Numbered from the stretch's first letter, positions 25,145-38,258 are shown. The stretch: 39,737 nt of DNA from Vezdaea acicularis (GCA_026025075.1 JAPEUI010000062.1:62001-101737); one strand, 5' to 3'. The notes: generated by a model from the sequence alone, not told the origin. Numbers and translations are program-made.

Positions 25145-26022
25145 GCACTACGCGCAAAGCTCATGACTGACACCCTTCGCCAGAAATGCCGTGTCATGTC
25201 TGAGTGACGATTTCTTTTGTTTTTCATACTGTAATTTGGAACATCAATCCTCATCACTCTTTCACGCACTTTGTTATAGCTATCTGCATCAAGGACCTCC
25301 GGCATTGCTAATCTTTATTCCGATGCCGACGCAACGATAATGACCCCCTAAAAAAGTTTAACGATCCCGAAATACCTACGAATTGCATCCCGGGAATCAC
25401 TCTGAATCCTAATGAACGGCGCCATCTTTTTGGACTACTGCTTTCCTGCACGGCGGAGAATGGCAAGATCACCGGAGGAAGGGAGCTGGAGGTTGAGTTG
25501 AGATTGATACAATCGAGGACGGGCGACGGAAGGAAGGACAGGGGGACATGCGGACTGTCGGTATAAGTGGGTGGAGAGAAGAAATGCTTGCAGGAACGGC
25601 ACTTTGGAGAATCATCTCACGGCTTTATGGCTTGCATAAGGCTGTATAGTTGTGAAAGGCCACCATGCTGGTTAGTAGATACACGGGACGTGGCTCTTTC
25701 GAACCTCCTAAGAATCAAGAAAACCGAGTCATCATGAATCTTCTTTAGGGAAGCTGAGTTGGTGTGACATCGATACGCTCACAAAAATCGTCTCCCGTAA
25801 TGCTGCGGACACGTCCTGGATCTAAGATGTGCCCATAACTTGCCCCCGGATCGCAAGCGATGGGTGCTGCTTTACCGTCTGGGTAATCCGATCGGACTCT
25901 GAAAGTTTTCGGTGACCCTTCAACTTCGTTGTCTCATTCTTAGCGTGATATTGCTATCACATCTTTAGAATTTCCTTATCCTTCATATACCTAAAACCTT
26001 AGGGCGACCCCCGAGAGCGACG

Positions 26023-27926
26023 ATGGCGTCTTCGGTGAACGGGGATGATTTTGACGAAGGGGTGAGCTTTTCCGCAATCTCATACCTGAGAAGCTGCCTG
26101 GTGACTAAAAATTTCCAAGTGTGACTATATCCAAGATATCGATATAATCCAAGCCCATGGTATCATCCTGTCGTACTTTTTATGGCCTCGGTAGGGTATC
26201 TGATGATGAACCAGGAGTTGGTGCTGCGGATATCACGAAACTCAAATTCAATGGATATCACACTGTCACAGTACATGACTGCCTTTATATGACCCTTGAA
26301 GGAGCGAGCTGATTATGAGTACGCTCAAGTCTGTCCACTCGGCCACACGCAAGACCCTCCTAAGGATCAAAGGTTTTAGTGAAGTCAAGGTCGAGAAGAT
26401 CAAGGAAGCGATCGGAAAATGCCAAGTATGACTCTAAAAGCATCAGTCTGGTTTGGCACGTCCGCTCCTATCCTTTACTAAATCTAGCTCTCTAAGCCCA
26501 CAGCGTTTGGGTTTATCACGGCTGCCCAGCTAGGTGAGGACCGAAGAAGATGTGTGAAGATCTCGACCGGCAGCAAGCAATTTGATACGATCCTTGGAGG
26601 GTGAGCATCATGCCTTTTAACATTGAGGAAACAGCTCATCAAGCCTAGAGGTTTCCAAACTATGAGTATTAGCGAGGTAGGTTACAGACCTTGCACGAAG
26701 TGTGTTGCCCAGCTGATACAAAGGGGCAGGTCTACGGAGAATTTCGTAAGGCGATGAGCCTACATGATTAGGTATCAAGCTGACGTATTCAAGGTTGTGG
26801 AAAGACGCAGCTCTCGCATACTATGTCCGTAATGTGTCAGGTACATAAGATCCCACAGCTTAAAGTGCTACCTTCTGACTCCTGCAAAGCTTGGAAAAGT
26901 GAGCTCTCAGCACTAGGAGCCCATAGGATTGCAGATGACTTAGTGCTTAGGATATGGGAGGAGCCGAGGGGAAAGTTGCATATATTGGTAAATTTCCCAA
27001 CCAGGAGAATGTAGGTCTTATGTTGCTGACTGCATGAAAGATACCGAGGGAACATTTCGACCAGAGAGGTACATCGCCTGCAACCCCTAGCTGATCTCTC
27101 TGATTATCGCGCGTGTAGAATCACCCAGATCGCCGAACGCTTCAACCGTAACCTCAAGCCATCTCTTTGCTGTCAAAAAGCACTTCCATATTGACATACA
27201 CAGTGGACCCCAATCGAGCCCAAGAAAATATTCTTTACGCCCGAGCCCTAAACAGCGAAGTCTCTAGGCCTCTCCCATCCCCACAGTATATCCCTCACTG
27301 GAATTACGTGCTAACACCCTTCAATAGCACCAACTAGAATTGCTCAACTCGCTCGCTCTCTCTTTCGCCAGCAATGAGTACCGCCTCCTAATTGTCGATA
27401 GCATCATGAACTGCTTCCGTGTCGACTACTGCGGGCGCGGTGAGCTCGCTGACCGCCAACAGAAACTCAACCAGTTCCTAAGCAAATTGGCACACATGGC
27501 TGAAGGTAGCTACCTTCTCCCTCCTCTTTCTTTAACATTCCATACAAGTGCTAACAAGCTAACCCAGAATTCAACATCTGCGTCCTCATGGTACGTCCTC
27601 CCACCCATTCCTCCCCCTTTTCATCCAGAACATCACACCTTTCATCCCACTCTTACCTCAACTCGCCGACCTCTAATCCACCAATTGCGTCGCAGACGAA
27701 CCAAGTCCAGTCCGATCCAGGCGCCAGCGCGCTCTTCGCGGGTGCCGACGGCCGCAAGCCCGTTGGGGGCCACATTCTCGCCCACGCGTCGACCACTCGA
27801 GTTTTGCTCCGCAAGGGCCGGGGTGAGGAGCGCGTCGCCAAGATACAGGACTCGCCCGATTGCCCGGAGAGAGAAGCAACGTATATCATTACCACGGGCG
27901 GGATTGCGGATCCGGAGAAGATCTGA
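26023..27926 (+). CDS. DMC1: Meiotic recombinase Dmc1, ~338 aa, 16 exons (26023-26061, 26120-26159, 26215-26270, 26330-26425, 26497-26600, 26649-26676, 26730-26745, 26794-26840, 26890-26898, 26951-26987, 27041-27068, 27119-27147, 27204-27259, 27328-27505, 27568-27590, 27696-27926)
   Basis: Dmc1-specific [15 protein letters not shown], the Walker [59 protein letters not shown] and [11 protein letters not shown]. The CDS totals 1017 nt. Confidence 0.95.
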
Positions 27927-28342
27927 TGAAGGCTCTTGTGGGGAGATTTTTATGTGGTGAGGTCGTGCGTTTTACGTTTTGCTTTAGGGGTGTGAGGCGA
28001 GCTGTGTGCTGTTGTGGCCATTTAACGGACATCTGATTGCATGTGGGCTGTGACTTCAGTGCTGTTGCGATTCAGTTTGCAGTCTCGTTGCAGCACTTAT
28101 CAGACGACACTATATCCCTTGAGATGCGCACGAAAGGGTATAACTGAGTTACTTTGATCATTATATTCGCTAATGGAGCCATACGCCTTGAAATGCATGC
28201 TTTATCCCTTCTTCAAACGTGCAATCAATCGACATAAAATACCAAGAATCGCAAATGTAACTACAGACCGAGGCAGCATGTCCGTCCAGGGAGTGGAAAA
28301 CCAGCGAGAGCGCGCTAAGACACTTTTGATAGGCTCAGGAAC

Positions 28343-29165
28343 TTATAGAAGAGCAGCAGCCAACGCAATCCCAGCACCACCCACCATCGCGTATTGCGCG
28401 CCCTGCGTCGCGGCTGCACCCGTAGACTTGCTGGTGGCGAGGCCCGTTGTCCTGGTGAGCGCCGTGGACTGGATGGTGGTAGTTGCAGCCGCAGAGATGA
28501 CACTCTTAGTCAAGCTCGCGCTGCCCGTGCCCGTGGGCTTCCCGCCCGCAACGGCAGTGGGGGGCAAGCTGGCGACTGTTCCGGTGCGGCGGGGGATAGT
28601 GAGCGTGGCGGTGTTGGGGGGGGTGGTGTTGGCTTGGCTGTAGATGTTCCCGGTGCTGCCGTTGGAGAAGGCGTAGTCGCCGGTGTAGAAGTTGAGGGCG
28701 TCGCCGCCTTGGTCGAAGTAGTCCCCTGTGTCGACGTAGCCGAAGGAGCCGTCGGAGAAGACGAATTCGGTGGTTGATTCGTCCTGTAAGGTGGGTTAGT
28801 GTCTGGTTGGGAGCATGTCGAGGAGTAGAAGCGCTTACGTAGCAGAAGGGGATGTCGACGTCGGTAAGGAGCAGGCAGTCGACGGTCACGTCGGTGCTGC
28901 AGCAGAGACCGGCTTGGACTGTGGCACGCTTGACCTTGGATGTGGCATCCGCGATGCCGACGATGCCTAGGAGAGCGTAGATGAGCGTGTAGGTATCATC
29001 ATAGACGACGCTATATGGGTCGGCATTGGTGCCAGAGACGTCGGGCAAACAGACAGCGTAACCAATGTCACAGCTGTCCGATTGACGCTTGGTGAGACCG
29101 GCAGATGGGGTGCCAGCAAAGGCTATTGAGGCAAGGAGCAGAAGACAGGCAGCGGAGTAAAGCAT
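28343..29165 (-). CDS. Secreted, probably GPI-anchored cell-surface protein, ~255 aa, 2 exons (29165-28839, 28783-28343)
   Basis: Signal peptide MLYSAACLLLLASIAFA, KR sites, a six-Cys region, PFCY|DESTTEF..DGSFG..TGDY..TGDY..GNIY, a Thr-rich stalk and a hydrophobic C-terminus (AMVGGAGIALAAALL). The intron runs GTAAGC...CTAAC...CAG. Confidence 0.85.
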
Positions 29166-30315
29166 TTTGATGTTTGTTTAGACTCGTGAAGGACCGAGAG
29201 GGTAGGAAATGACGAAAAACAGTGAGGTTCTCAGGGAAGATATGCGCAAATTGAAGTCATAGTCTAGAGGTGGAGATTGAAGCCAGAGAGAGAGAGAAAG
29301 GACAACGTTCTTATAGAAACGGCTTCAACGGCATCAATTGACCATTGCCAAGCTACGGCTGAAAAGGAGACCCTTCGAGAGGGAGCACGTGCTCCTCACA
29401 ACGGAACTTGAGGCTTAGATTGTAAGGACTAGGAGACAGTGGAGACTCTTGAGCGCCACAAAGTCAGGAACTTTACAACCATCCTGGGCTGGAATCCGCC
29501 TTGAGATGCGGTAAGCTCCGACTGTGGCAGCATTGGACTACCTAGCCTCCGCCACGGAGCCATGGCCGCAAGCGCAACTATCGGTGAGAGGCACGCGACC
29601 CGGTGCTCCGCTTGTTTGCTCCTATAATTGGCTACATGTGGAGATTTCGAGCGCCTGTGAAAGCGGGATCACAGCCTTGCTGCGCGGTGAAGGAGACACG
29701 CTTAACCTTAATTCGGCGTCGGTGTGCCTGAAAGTCGGATGGTGGTCCATTGGGTCTTTTGGTCGCCAAGAATATAGTGATTGGACAAGAGAGCAGCTAA
29801 GCTGTTGCTGTCGCTTGGCTTCCTTTTGGAGACTGTGATTCCCGCAGCCACAATTCCAGGGCTGAATTGTTCCTCGACTTCGGATATCAGCACGACGCTA
29901 AGCCCAAAGCAAACCCCCACAAAGTCTACGGCGGACAGCAGCGTCGCGTACTGCTGTGCTACGGCAGTCGCTTCTCGTCGATGAGTATAGCAGAAAGAAA
30001 GAACGCGACGTGGAACAACACATCAATAGGCCAACAAAGCCGCGACATCACAGCGCATCACGGAGCAGCGATTTCTCCAATTCGTGGGGAGCGCCTGGGC
30101 TCAGGACCCAATACACGGAATTGTTCCTCGTAGCTCACTTACCATGGGCCCCTAGTGGTCGGCTCCGCCCTTTACGCAACAGCTGCATTTTCTTTCGGAC
30201 TACCAGCAGATTATTTGCTACCTCTGCCCAAACAGGATTCCGCAAGAGAACTTGCCCGGCTAGATAGCGCTTAATATTCAATTGCTCGTGAACAGAGCTA
30301 GGTTTCCTTTCAGAG

Positions 30316-33300
30316 ATGTCCGCCTTCGAAGTTCCCTACTCCTCTAGTCCTCCCTCCACTCCCGACCAGCGAAGGCGCAATGGCAACAGTTCCAATCTAT
30401 TCGCAGCGCTCGCTTCGAATCCATCCACAACTCCAGCAGGGCCCCCACCATCATCCGCTGGCTCTTTCACGCCGGCTGGGCCTCCTCCGTCGTCGTTCTT
30501 TGGAAGCTCACAGCCCAGACCGAGCAATGCTCATACTGCAGCTTCAAAGCCGCTAAATAGAATCCGTTTCGCCCCTCTCAATGATTCTGGGCGGCCGAAA
30601 AGCAACAGCAGATCACCCTCCAAGCTTGGAAATAGTATTACACTGCCCGAAGCTGGGAGCGAAGGAGATGATGAGGATGAGGACATGGACGAGGATGACG
30701 AGGACGAGGGCTATAGCGGTGCAAACCATAATGGTGCCTTGAGTCTTCTACAACCGAGCAGCATTCTAAGAGACACCCAAGGGGAGTCTTTTCAAGAAAC
30801 GCCCTATGGAAGATCGAACACGTCGGGAAGAGATAGCTTCGGATCCAATTTTCAATCATCATTTGGCCAACGAGAAGGTAAAGATATTCCTGATGCGGTC
30901 GTCACAACAATCGCAAAGGATGCAGCATCTAGACTTGGGCCTGCTCGGGTCACTGAGACTGCAGATCTCATTCTAGATACCGAGGCAATTGTAAATCGAT
31001 TATACACTCTAGACGATGGGTCCGACCTAGGAACAGGCCTGAACGATGACATTGCAACAGCTTCCAAGGAATTGACAGAACTATGGAGATCGCTCGAGGA
31101 AGATACCAGTATGAGTGGGGACGTTGATGGCGATATATTCGTCGTGGGACCCGCTGAGGGATCCTCGAATGTATCCAAAGCCGCGTTCTTGGGTGATGCT
31201 TTGCTCCGGTTGCATGGACGGCCCTTTGCCCAAGACCTCCGCTCAAACGGCCTTCGCTCTATCATGTCTTCTCAAAATGCTGCTTCGGCAGCCTTCAGCC
31301 AATCTCTACCATACCCCAAAGTCTTACTGAACTGGTTAAATGAAGTCCATGACCCTTATCCAGAAGCGCTTTCGGATTTGAAACTCCAGCAACCAAATGC
31401 GGCCAGTCACCCAAACTTCTGGGAGATCCTACACACCATCCTTTTACGGGGTGAAATTCAAAGCGTCATAACCATCCTCAAACAAGCGGACTTTAAGCAT
31501 GCGAGGACTTCGATAGAGGATGGTCAGGGTCGCGTTGGTTACTCCGGGACGCTCCTCGCCAATACCCGAACCCAAATTGAGAGAGCCGTACAGCTTCTTG
31601 AGAGATGTCCGGCAGTGAACCGGAATGACTGGAATATCCGTGGTGGCGATTGGTCAATCTTTCGGAGAGCAGTGTTGCAGACAAGCAATGACCTGACAGC
31701 TTTCGCTGAACCCATGCTACGCAGCAGAGAGGACGATGCCCTCTCGTTCAAGAAGTCAGACAAGAATTCTATCAGTCAAGCAGCTCGAAAGGCCGAAAGC
31801 AAGGTGCCTTGGGCTGTCTACCAGCAATTGAGAGCGCTTTACAATATTCTGCTCGGAAAGACGACCGAACTTATTGCGTTTTCTCAGGACTGGGTCGAAG
31901 CAACCACCTTCCTCACGGCCTGGTGGGCAGGCGAAGATCACACTCGACCCTTGAATATCAATTCTGAAGAAGACGAGGAGCAATCAGCTTATGTACGGAG
32001 ACTAATAAGATCATTCGCCCGTGTTACCGACTCGTCAAGAAATGACTCGTTCCAAGTGAGGTCAGACAGACTTGTAGAAGTGGGGCTTGCATGCATTTTC
32101 CAAGGCAGCATTAATGAGTCTATCGGCGTTATGCGTACATACTCTCTAGCGGTCACGTCTGCAGTTGCTGAGATCGGGACCGTGGCTGGGTGGTTTACTA
32201 GTGCTGGTGGGGCACCGGATGGGTTGGATCAGAGCGATCTGATGGTCCTCAGCAGCTACGAAGGCTCAAAAACACTATTTACGCGTGATAGTCTTCTCTT
32301 GGACTATGGGAAAGGCCTCTTCGACCGAGATGTTCTAGAGGGGAGTGCAGGTGCACGCGAAGGTTGGGAAATTGGCCTCCAAGTCTTCGGCCGGGTTGAG
32401 GATTACGAGCTGATTGCAGGGAAAATCGGCGAATATCTAGAGCGCCTTAATCTTTCATCGGGTGACCGAGTCGATAGGCTGCTCCAAATATGCAACAACA
32501 TCGGCTTATCCGACCATGCGCGAAAGGTAGCAGAGGTGAGTGCCCTATGCGATCGCTATTCCACACGCTAACATCATCACAGAAATATGCCGATTCCCTC
32601 GCTGACAGCTCGTTCAACTATGGCGAGGCACTCATCTACTATGCGCGCTCACACTCGATCAAGAAGGTCAAAAACATCCTTGATCTTCTGATCTCCTTTT
32701 GCCTCGTTCAATCGACCGCGTTCCCCTCCAACTCAGACCTCGATCCAGATCTCCGCGATCTCATCACGAATCCCACTTCTACTCTCAAAAAGATGGCAAT
32801 GGTCGATGCGGATGCCGCCGAGATCGTCCACACTCATCTCAGCGGCTATGCGACTCTTCGCCGCTTCTATGATCTCCGGGATCAATCCCTGACCAGTGAC
32901 CTGCCCCTCCACAGAATTAAAGCTCAGGCCGCCGTGGCTCTACTCACGGTCATCGCCAGCTCGGCTGACAACATCCACGGCGGCCTCTATGACGCGAAAC
33001 GCGGTTCTATCGTCGCGGTTGATGGTCTCCTTGCACTCCTCGGAGAAGCCCTCCCGTTTCTGAACAACACGCCGCGTACTCTCAAAATGACACAAGTTTT
33101 TGCATTACTCAAAGCTATCGAGGACGTACAGACTGTGACTCCTCGCGTCTATGCGCAGTGCAATGAATTCCTCCAAAGTACGCTAGAGGCAGCACATGCC
33201 AGTGGTTCAGGTAATGGCAGCCCTCGGCACTTGTTGAAGAAGAGCATGAGTGAGATGACAGCCTCGTCGGTGGACGGATGGAGCCTCACAGGAAGTGAAT

Positions 33301-33470
33301 TTCTTAGGGACAGCCTTGTGAATAGCGGGGTGCTTGTTAGGGCTGAAAGAAAACGAGGCTGGGACTGGAGGACAGGGCTTAGAAGGGGGGCAAACGGAGA
33401 GGATGTGTTGCGGATACTAAGGCTTGGCTTGGCGCAGGAGCTGGCGGCAGGATGGATACAGGACGAATGA
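30316..33470 (+). CDS. NUP85: Nucleoporin Nup85-like protein, ~1035 aa, 2 exons (30316-32535, 32583-33470)
   Basis: The N-terminus PSTTPAGPPPSSAGSFTPAGPPPSS precedes a helical region with HPNFWE..LLRG, SQDWVEAT, EGWEIGLQV and YGEALIYYAR, matching filamentous-fungal Nup85. The intron runs GTGAGT...GCTAAC...CAG. Confidence 0.85.
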
Positions 33471-36400
33471 CACATATCGTAGGGGGTAAGAGCGGACGAA
33501 TCCCAAGCTGTACCAGTAGTATTCACACTCGTTCTCAAGAGACTCTCCTGCCGTGTTGGCTGATTGCAACTTCCTGTGCAGATATCCAGCTCGATTGCCA
33601 TGCGTGCCTTCTTCCTTGGGAAACCATCGCGGGAAGGGGCCGTCGATGTCGTCTTGGCGTTGGTGCCTAGACACTAGAGCGCCTAGCTCTCCCGTTGAAC
33701 CAAACCCACGCTCCCCGTTCAGGACGGCTATATAACAACCGAGCCTGCTTGCGTCAACGTTTTCCAGCACCTTGGAGAATCATGATGAAACCGAAACCCC
33801 GTCTTGAAAGACTTCCTCGATCCTTCTGGCACAGGAGACTCCGCCCTCTCATGATGGCCTTGAGGTTGACCGATATGCCTGAGGCATGAAAGAGGACGTT
33901 CGGATCGCCATGAGCCTGTGGCTGTAATCCAATAATATCCCGGTTCTCTGGAACCATAGATCTTAGTCAAATATGCCAGCATTCGTTAAGCAATTGGATT
34001 GCATCGGTCGGACGAAGCACCATCGGCAAGTAGTAAAACGGGCCGAAGCGGGGAGTTTAGGAGGTATACATAAGACAAGCGCGAGTGCACTGACACAGAA
34101 TAAGCAGGCAGCCAATGCGGGCCGTCCTCCACAAGGTTATCGCGGAAGCTAATTTCGCAATAGCCAGATCAGGGGCCGTGTGAGGCACGATGGTTGTCTT
34201 ACTCGCCAGGATTACGTGCTGGCCGTTCGATTGAAGAATCACGCAGCCATTCAATCATCCGCCTGAATGGGCGGTTGTTTCCGTACGTGCCACTGAACGC
34301 TTCGGTCCCGACCTAAGGGAAGAGTCGGTGATTGCTTGACGAGACGCCTGAGCAGACCACGCAATACGTAGCGACGGGCCTTCAACGGGAATCTGAGACA
34401 ACGCGTCTAAGGTGAACCGGATATGCAGGACATAGTGTCAAATCAATCATCTGAAGACTCGAAGGGCACAAGAAAGACAAGCGGCCGAATGACTTGTTGC
34501 ATCATTTGACACATAGCCGTACGGACGACCAAGCCGGCCATCCGATGACTCGATATAATGAGAGACGACTCGAAGGTCGGTTGAATATTACGAGAGCGTG
34601 CTATGCATCGTGACTCCTCTACCTTACATTAACACCGGCGGCTATTGGGGAAAGGTCCTAAGATATTGAAGAAACACGGGCCACGGAAAGGCAGACGCTC
34701 TGGCGGTGGATGGCACCTACGAGCAAGCGATTAGGAAGCTCAAAGTATGTCTCATGACATAAGAGGAGAATGAAGGGTCTTTTGCAGAGTGAGAAGGATA
34801 TGGACTCGCCGATCTCGGTTGAAAGATGGCAATCGAAGGTATCGAAAGGGCAACTATCCATCTGAGATGGATCTTTGGCGCCCCTATCCCGGGCAACTAC
34901 GAGGCCTATCTCTACGGCAGGAACAATATGCAATTATCGTTCCACCGATCCGGAGATTTTGGACCTGGGTTTCATCCTAAGGGAATAAAGCGATCACCGC
35001 CATTCTCGGGGTTAGAGAAGGTCGGGGCCGGCGTCCGTGCCTTTCTGAGCAATAATTGCCTCTCCGAAAATAGTGGTGATTCTGCAAACGACAATCCTCA
35101 ACAGAATGGTCGAGGGTATCGACAGAGTCAAAGGGCGCTTCCGTCGTGGCAGTGTTCGTGATGTTGCTATGGAGCAGGCGCAGTGCGCGAAATCGACGAT
35201 ACTTCGTCATTTCTGCACTTACGCAAGGGGGTGGGACCAGGTGATCCCCGTTGAATCATGTCGTGCGGGCTCTTCGCGAGCCCTTCGAGGCGAGACGTCC
35301 AGACCGCGATGGTGGTGCTGCTGCTGCTGTGGGCACAAACGGGCACTAACGAGCGAGGGGACTGGCGAGACTTGGCGAGGGGATGATTAGTTCATCGCGC
35401 GGCACGCCGACCGACCGTCTCCTGGTCTGGCACCGGCCACGGCAAAGAGTGGCTGATGTGCGCGCGGCTGACATTAATCAATCGCCTAGTGTGGCTCAAG
35501 GCATACTTTGACAGGATATTTTTTGGTTTTCCCCTACGCGGACCGAATTCTTGACCGCAAGTTTGCATCGAATTAGCAGCAATGCTTACCACGATGATCA
35601 CACAAGATTCTGCTCTGGCACGACTCCGATTATTCAGAATGCAATGCCACCGATTGCAAAGAGGACCAGCTCTGTTTTGCAATTACGTCGTCTCAAGGCT
35701 CCGAACGTCGGTCTGGGCCTTGAGAATATTTTTTCCCCTTCCGCCTGCGCAGGCGTCCAGGTCGTGGCACAGCACCAATTGTGACGTTCGTAAGCACTAC
35801 ACGGCGATAGGGGAGCGGCGATAGCCGGACATGAAACTCTAGGCATCACACGGATACACGGATGAAACGATTACAGTGGCTCGCTATCGTCATGCTCTCG
35901 AGCAGCGAAGGGGTAAATGTTCTAAAAGTCGGGCCAGGCCAAGGCGGTGGGCCAGGGGGAAGAGCGGTGCCGAGGCGCATCGAGACTGGAGCACGAGCTT
36001 AGCAATGAAGGCAATGAAGGCCTTGCCGACGGAGTGGTGATGGAGAGCGATGCGATTGAGGGCTTTCGCCAGCAGGGCACGAAATGAGTGACTGACTGTA
36101 CCTACATGATTCCGAGGCTTCGAGTAGCGCCGCACGAGGCAGCTTTCTAGAAGCTGAACCGCGTGTTCGCGACGATGCCCCGTAGCGAGAAGGGAAGCGC
36201 CTATCCGGCAACGCGTAGGACACGGGGGCCCGGGGAGCCGAAGCGATTTTTGCGCGCGAGTCGTGCGGGTTCTGGGGCCCTTGGCAAGGGCGGCCCTGCC
36301 AAGCCCGGTCGCCCGGTTGCGCGCAAATGGCACGCCGCGGGAGCGCGAGTGGGGAGCGGGAGTCGGAGCGTGGGCGTGGGCGTGATCGTGGAGCATGGAA

Positions 36401-37468
36401 CATGGACGCGCAAGAGCGAGCGGGCAAGGCAAGCCCGGCCACCGTAGCGACCAGAATTCTTCACCGTCTGGGCGGCCATGCTGCGAGATGCCCTGCTCAT
36501 CATTCTGCACTTCCTCGGCGATATTACTCTTTCATCTCTAGCAATACGAGCGATGGGGGGTGCCGTTCTGGCCAAGCACGAGGGGATTCGATGACTCCTA
36601 GGCAGCTCTGTTGCGGGCTCTACTCCCCGTCCGACGACGACGTCTGGAGCGGCAGCGATTGGCTGCGCGTGGCCCCGACCGGGTGGAGGACGAGGACGGC
36701 AAGCTGCCGACGTGGTCCGTCGCGGCGACCGGATTGAGGGCGAGGGCTGCGCCTCACGCTCGTGCCCTGCGTGCCCACCACCAACCAGCGTCGCCCAACG
36801 GCGCCGTTCTATTTGCAGGCTGCGGTACTCGAGGGCCCTGCTGCGTTGCGACTCGCCATCGATGTCACCACCACCCCTGGCCGCCCGTCGGTCGCGGTGC
36901 CGTATCGCCAGGACGGCGATTGCGCAAAAGCCGCGGTTCGTGACCAATTCGATCCGGCCCTTGGCCCGGGGCTTACAGGACGCAGAGGGGATAGCGTCAG
37001 GCTCCCCTGGCCCCGCGGGACTAGGGCGGGGGAAACCGCTCCGGATGGATGGCGCTTGATCGCCGTCAGTGCGCGCGGGCGATAGACGGACGACGACGAC
37101 TCATCTGCAATCCCCGCGAGAGCGAGCGCGAGGCCATTGCGCGCCCTCCGTGTGTCTATCTCTCGCTCGCTCGCTCTCTGCGCGCGGGCGTGCGTGTGTG
37201 CGTATGTGCGTGCGTGGAGGGCGGTCGGGCAATCCATTGACCTGGTCCTGCTCCGTCCGCTCCGTCGCTCTTCGCACCTTCCGCCCCAGGAGTTTGTCGC
37301 GGCTACTGGCGAGTATGCGCGCGACCGGCTAATCCTCCCCGCGGCCGCCCACGCCGCCCCGCCTGCACCTGCCGCGCGCGGCGCGCACGAACGACCACCT
37401 TTCTCGATACATCTGACACCCGCGACGCCGACACCGTCCCCCCGTTTCTGCCTTCCACCCGCCCCGCG

Positions 37469-37529
37469 CTCTCTCCCGCTCACGCTCTCTCTCCCTCTAT
37501 CTCACTCACTCTCTCTCTCTCTCTCTCTT
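37469..37529. repeat. Imperfect (CT)n microsatellite
   Basis: ctctctcccgctcacgctctctctccctctatctcactcactctctctctctctctctctt, read directly. Confidence 0.85.
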
Positions 37530-37979
37530 CCGCTTTCCCCTCCCAGCACCGCCCGCCCGCCCGCCACTCATCATTGTGTCATTTGTTTCATCGCCGCACC
37601 CCTTGTCTGCAACGTCGGCACGATGCAGATGCACGTCCGATCGCCCATCGGTTCCACTCCCACGGTCCTGACTCCCGTCAGACCGCCGGGGCCCCCGCTA
37701 CCCCCTGCCTAGCTGAGACCTATTTGGGATGTGCAGACGCAGGCACAGCTGCGAGCCATCCATCCCGGCGCAGGGCATAGTCATCGAACATGCCTCTTTG
37801 CCAGAGAGGCTTTGCTCATCGGTGCCCGTGGAATTCTCCATCATGGCCGCTCCGCGTTAACTCCTCGACCCCGCCGGCCGTCGGTATGACGCCGCAAGCC
37901 CTGCCCGTCTGGATCAGGCACCCCACCGGTGCCTTGCGCAAGCCCTGCATCGTCCTCCTTTCAGACACCATCCGTCCGA

Positions 37980-38011
37980 CCCCCCTCTCTCTCTCCCCTC
38001 CCCCCCCCCCC
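37980..38011. repeat. CT repeat plus poly-C tract
   Basis: cccccctctctctctcccctcccccccccccc, just upstream of a TATAAG at 38058. Confidence 0.8.
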
Positions 38012-38258
38012 TGCCACCGATCCGTTTAAGGCTGAGGGCGGATGCCCCAGGAAAAGATATAAGTTCTGTCGCCACGGCCACCTTTTTCTGCAGATCATTC
38101 CACATCATCCACACCGTTTTACCAACTTCTACCGGCTTCCTTCTATTCACCACCAGTCCTCAGTCGCCTTAGCGCATCCGCATTATTTTCCAACCCGGGC
38201 TTTTTTGCATCACTACCTTCTTGTTACCCTTTGGCCTCCAATTCAATCAGTTGCATCA

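Noticed and set aside
25780..25787. CACAAAA (Ndt80 MSE-like core) upstream of DMC1
   Set aside because: A single short match with non-consensus flanks is likely to occur by chance.
35890..37780. Many overlapping 100-250 aa ORFs on both strands
   Set aside because: They are Arg/Ala/Pro-rich translations without motifs, as expected from stop-codon scarcity in GC-rich DNA.
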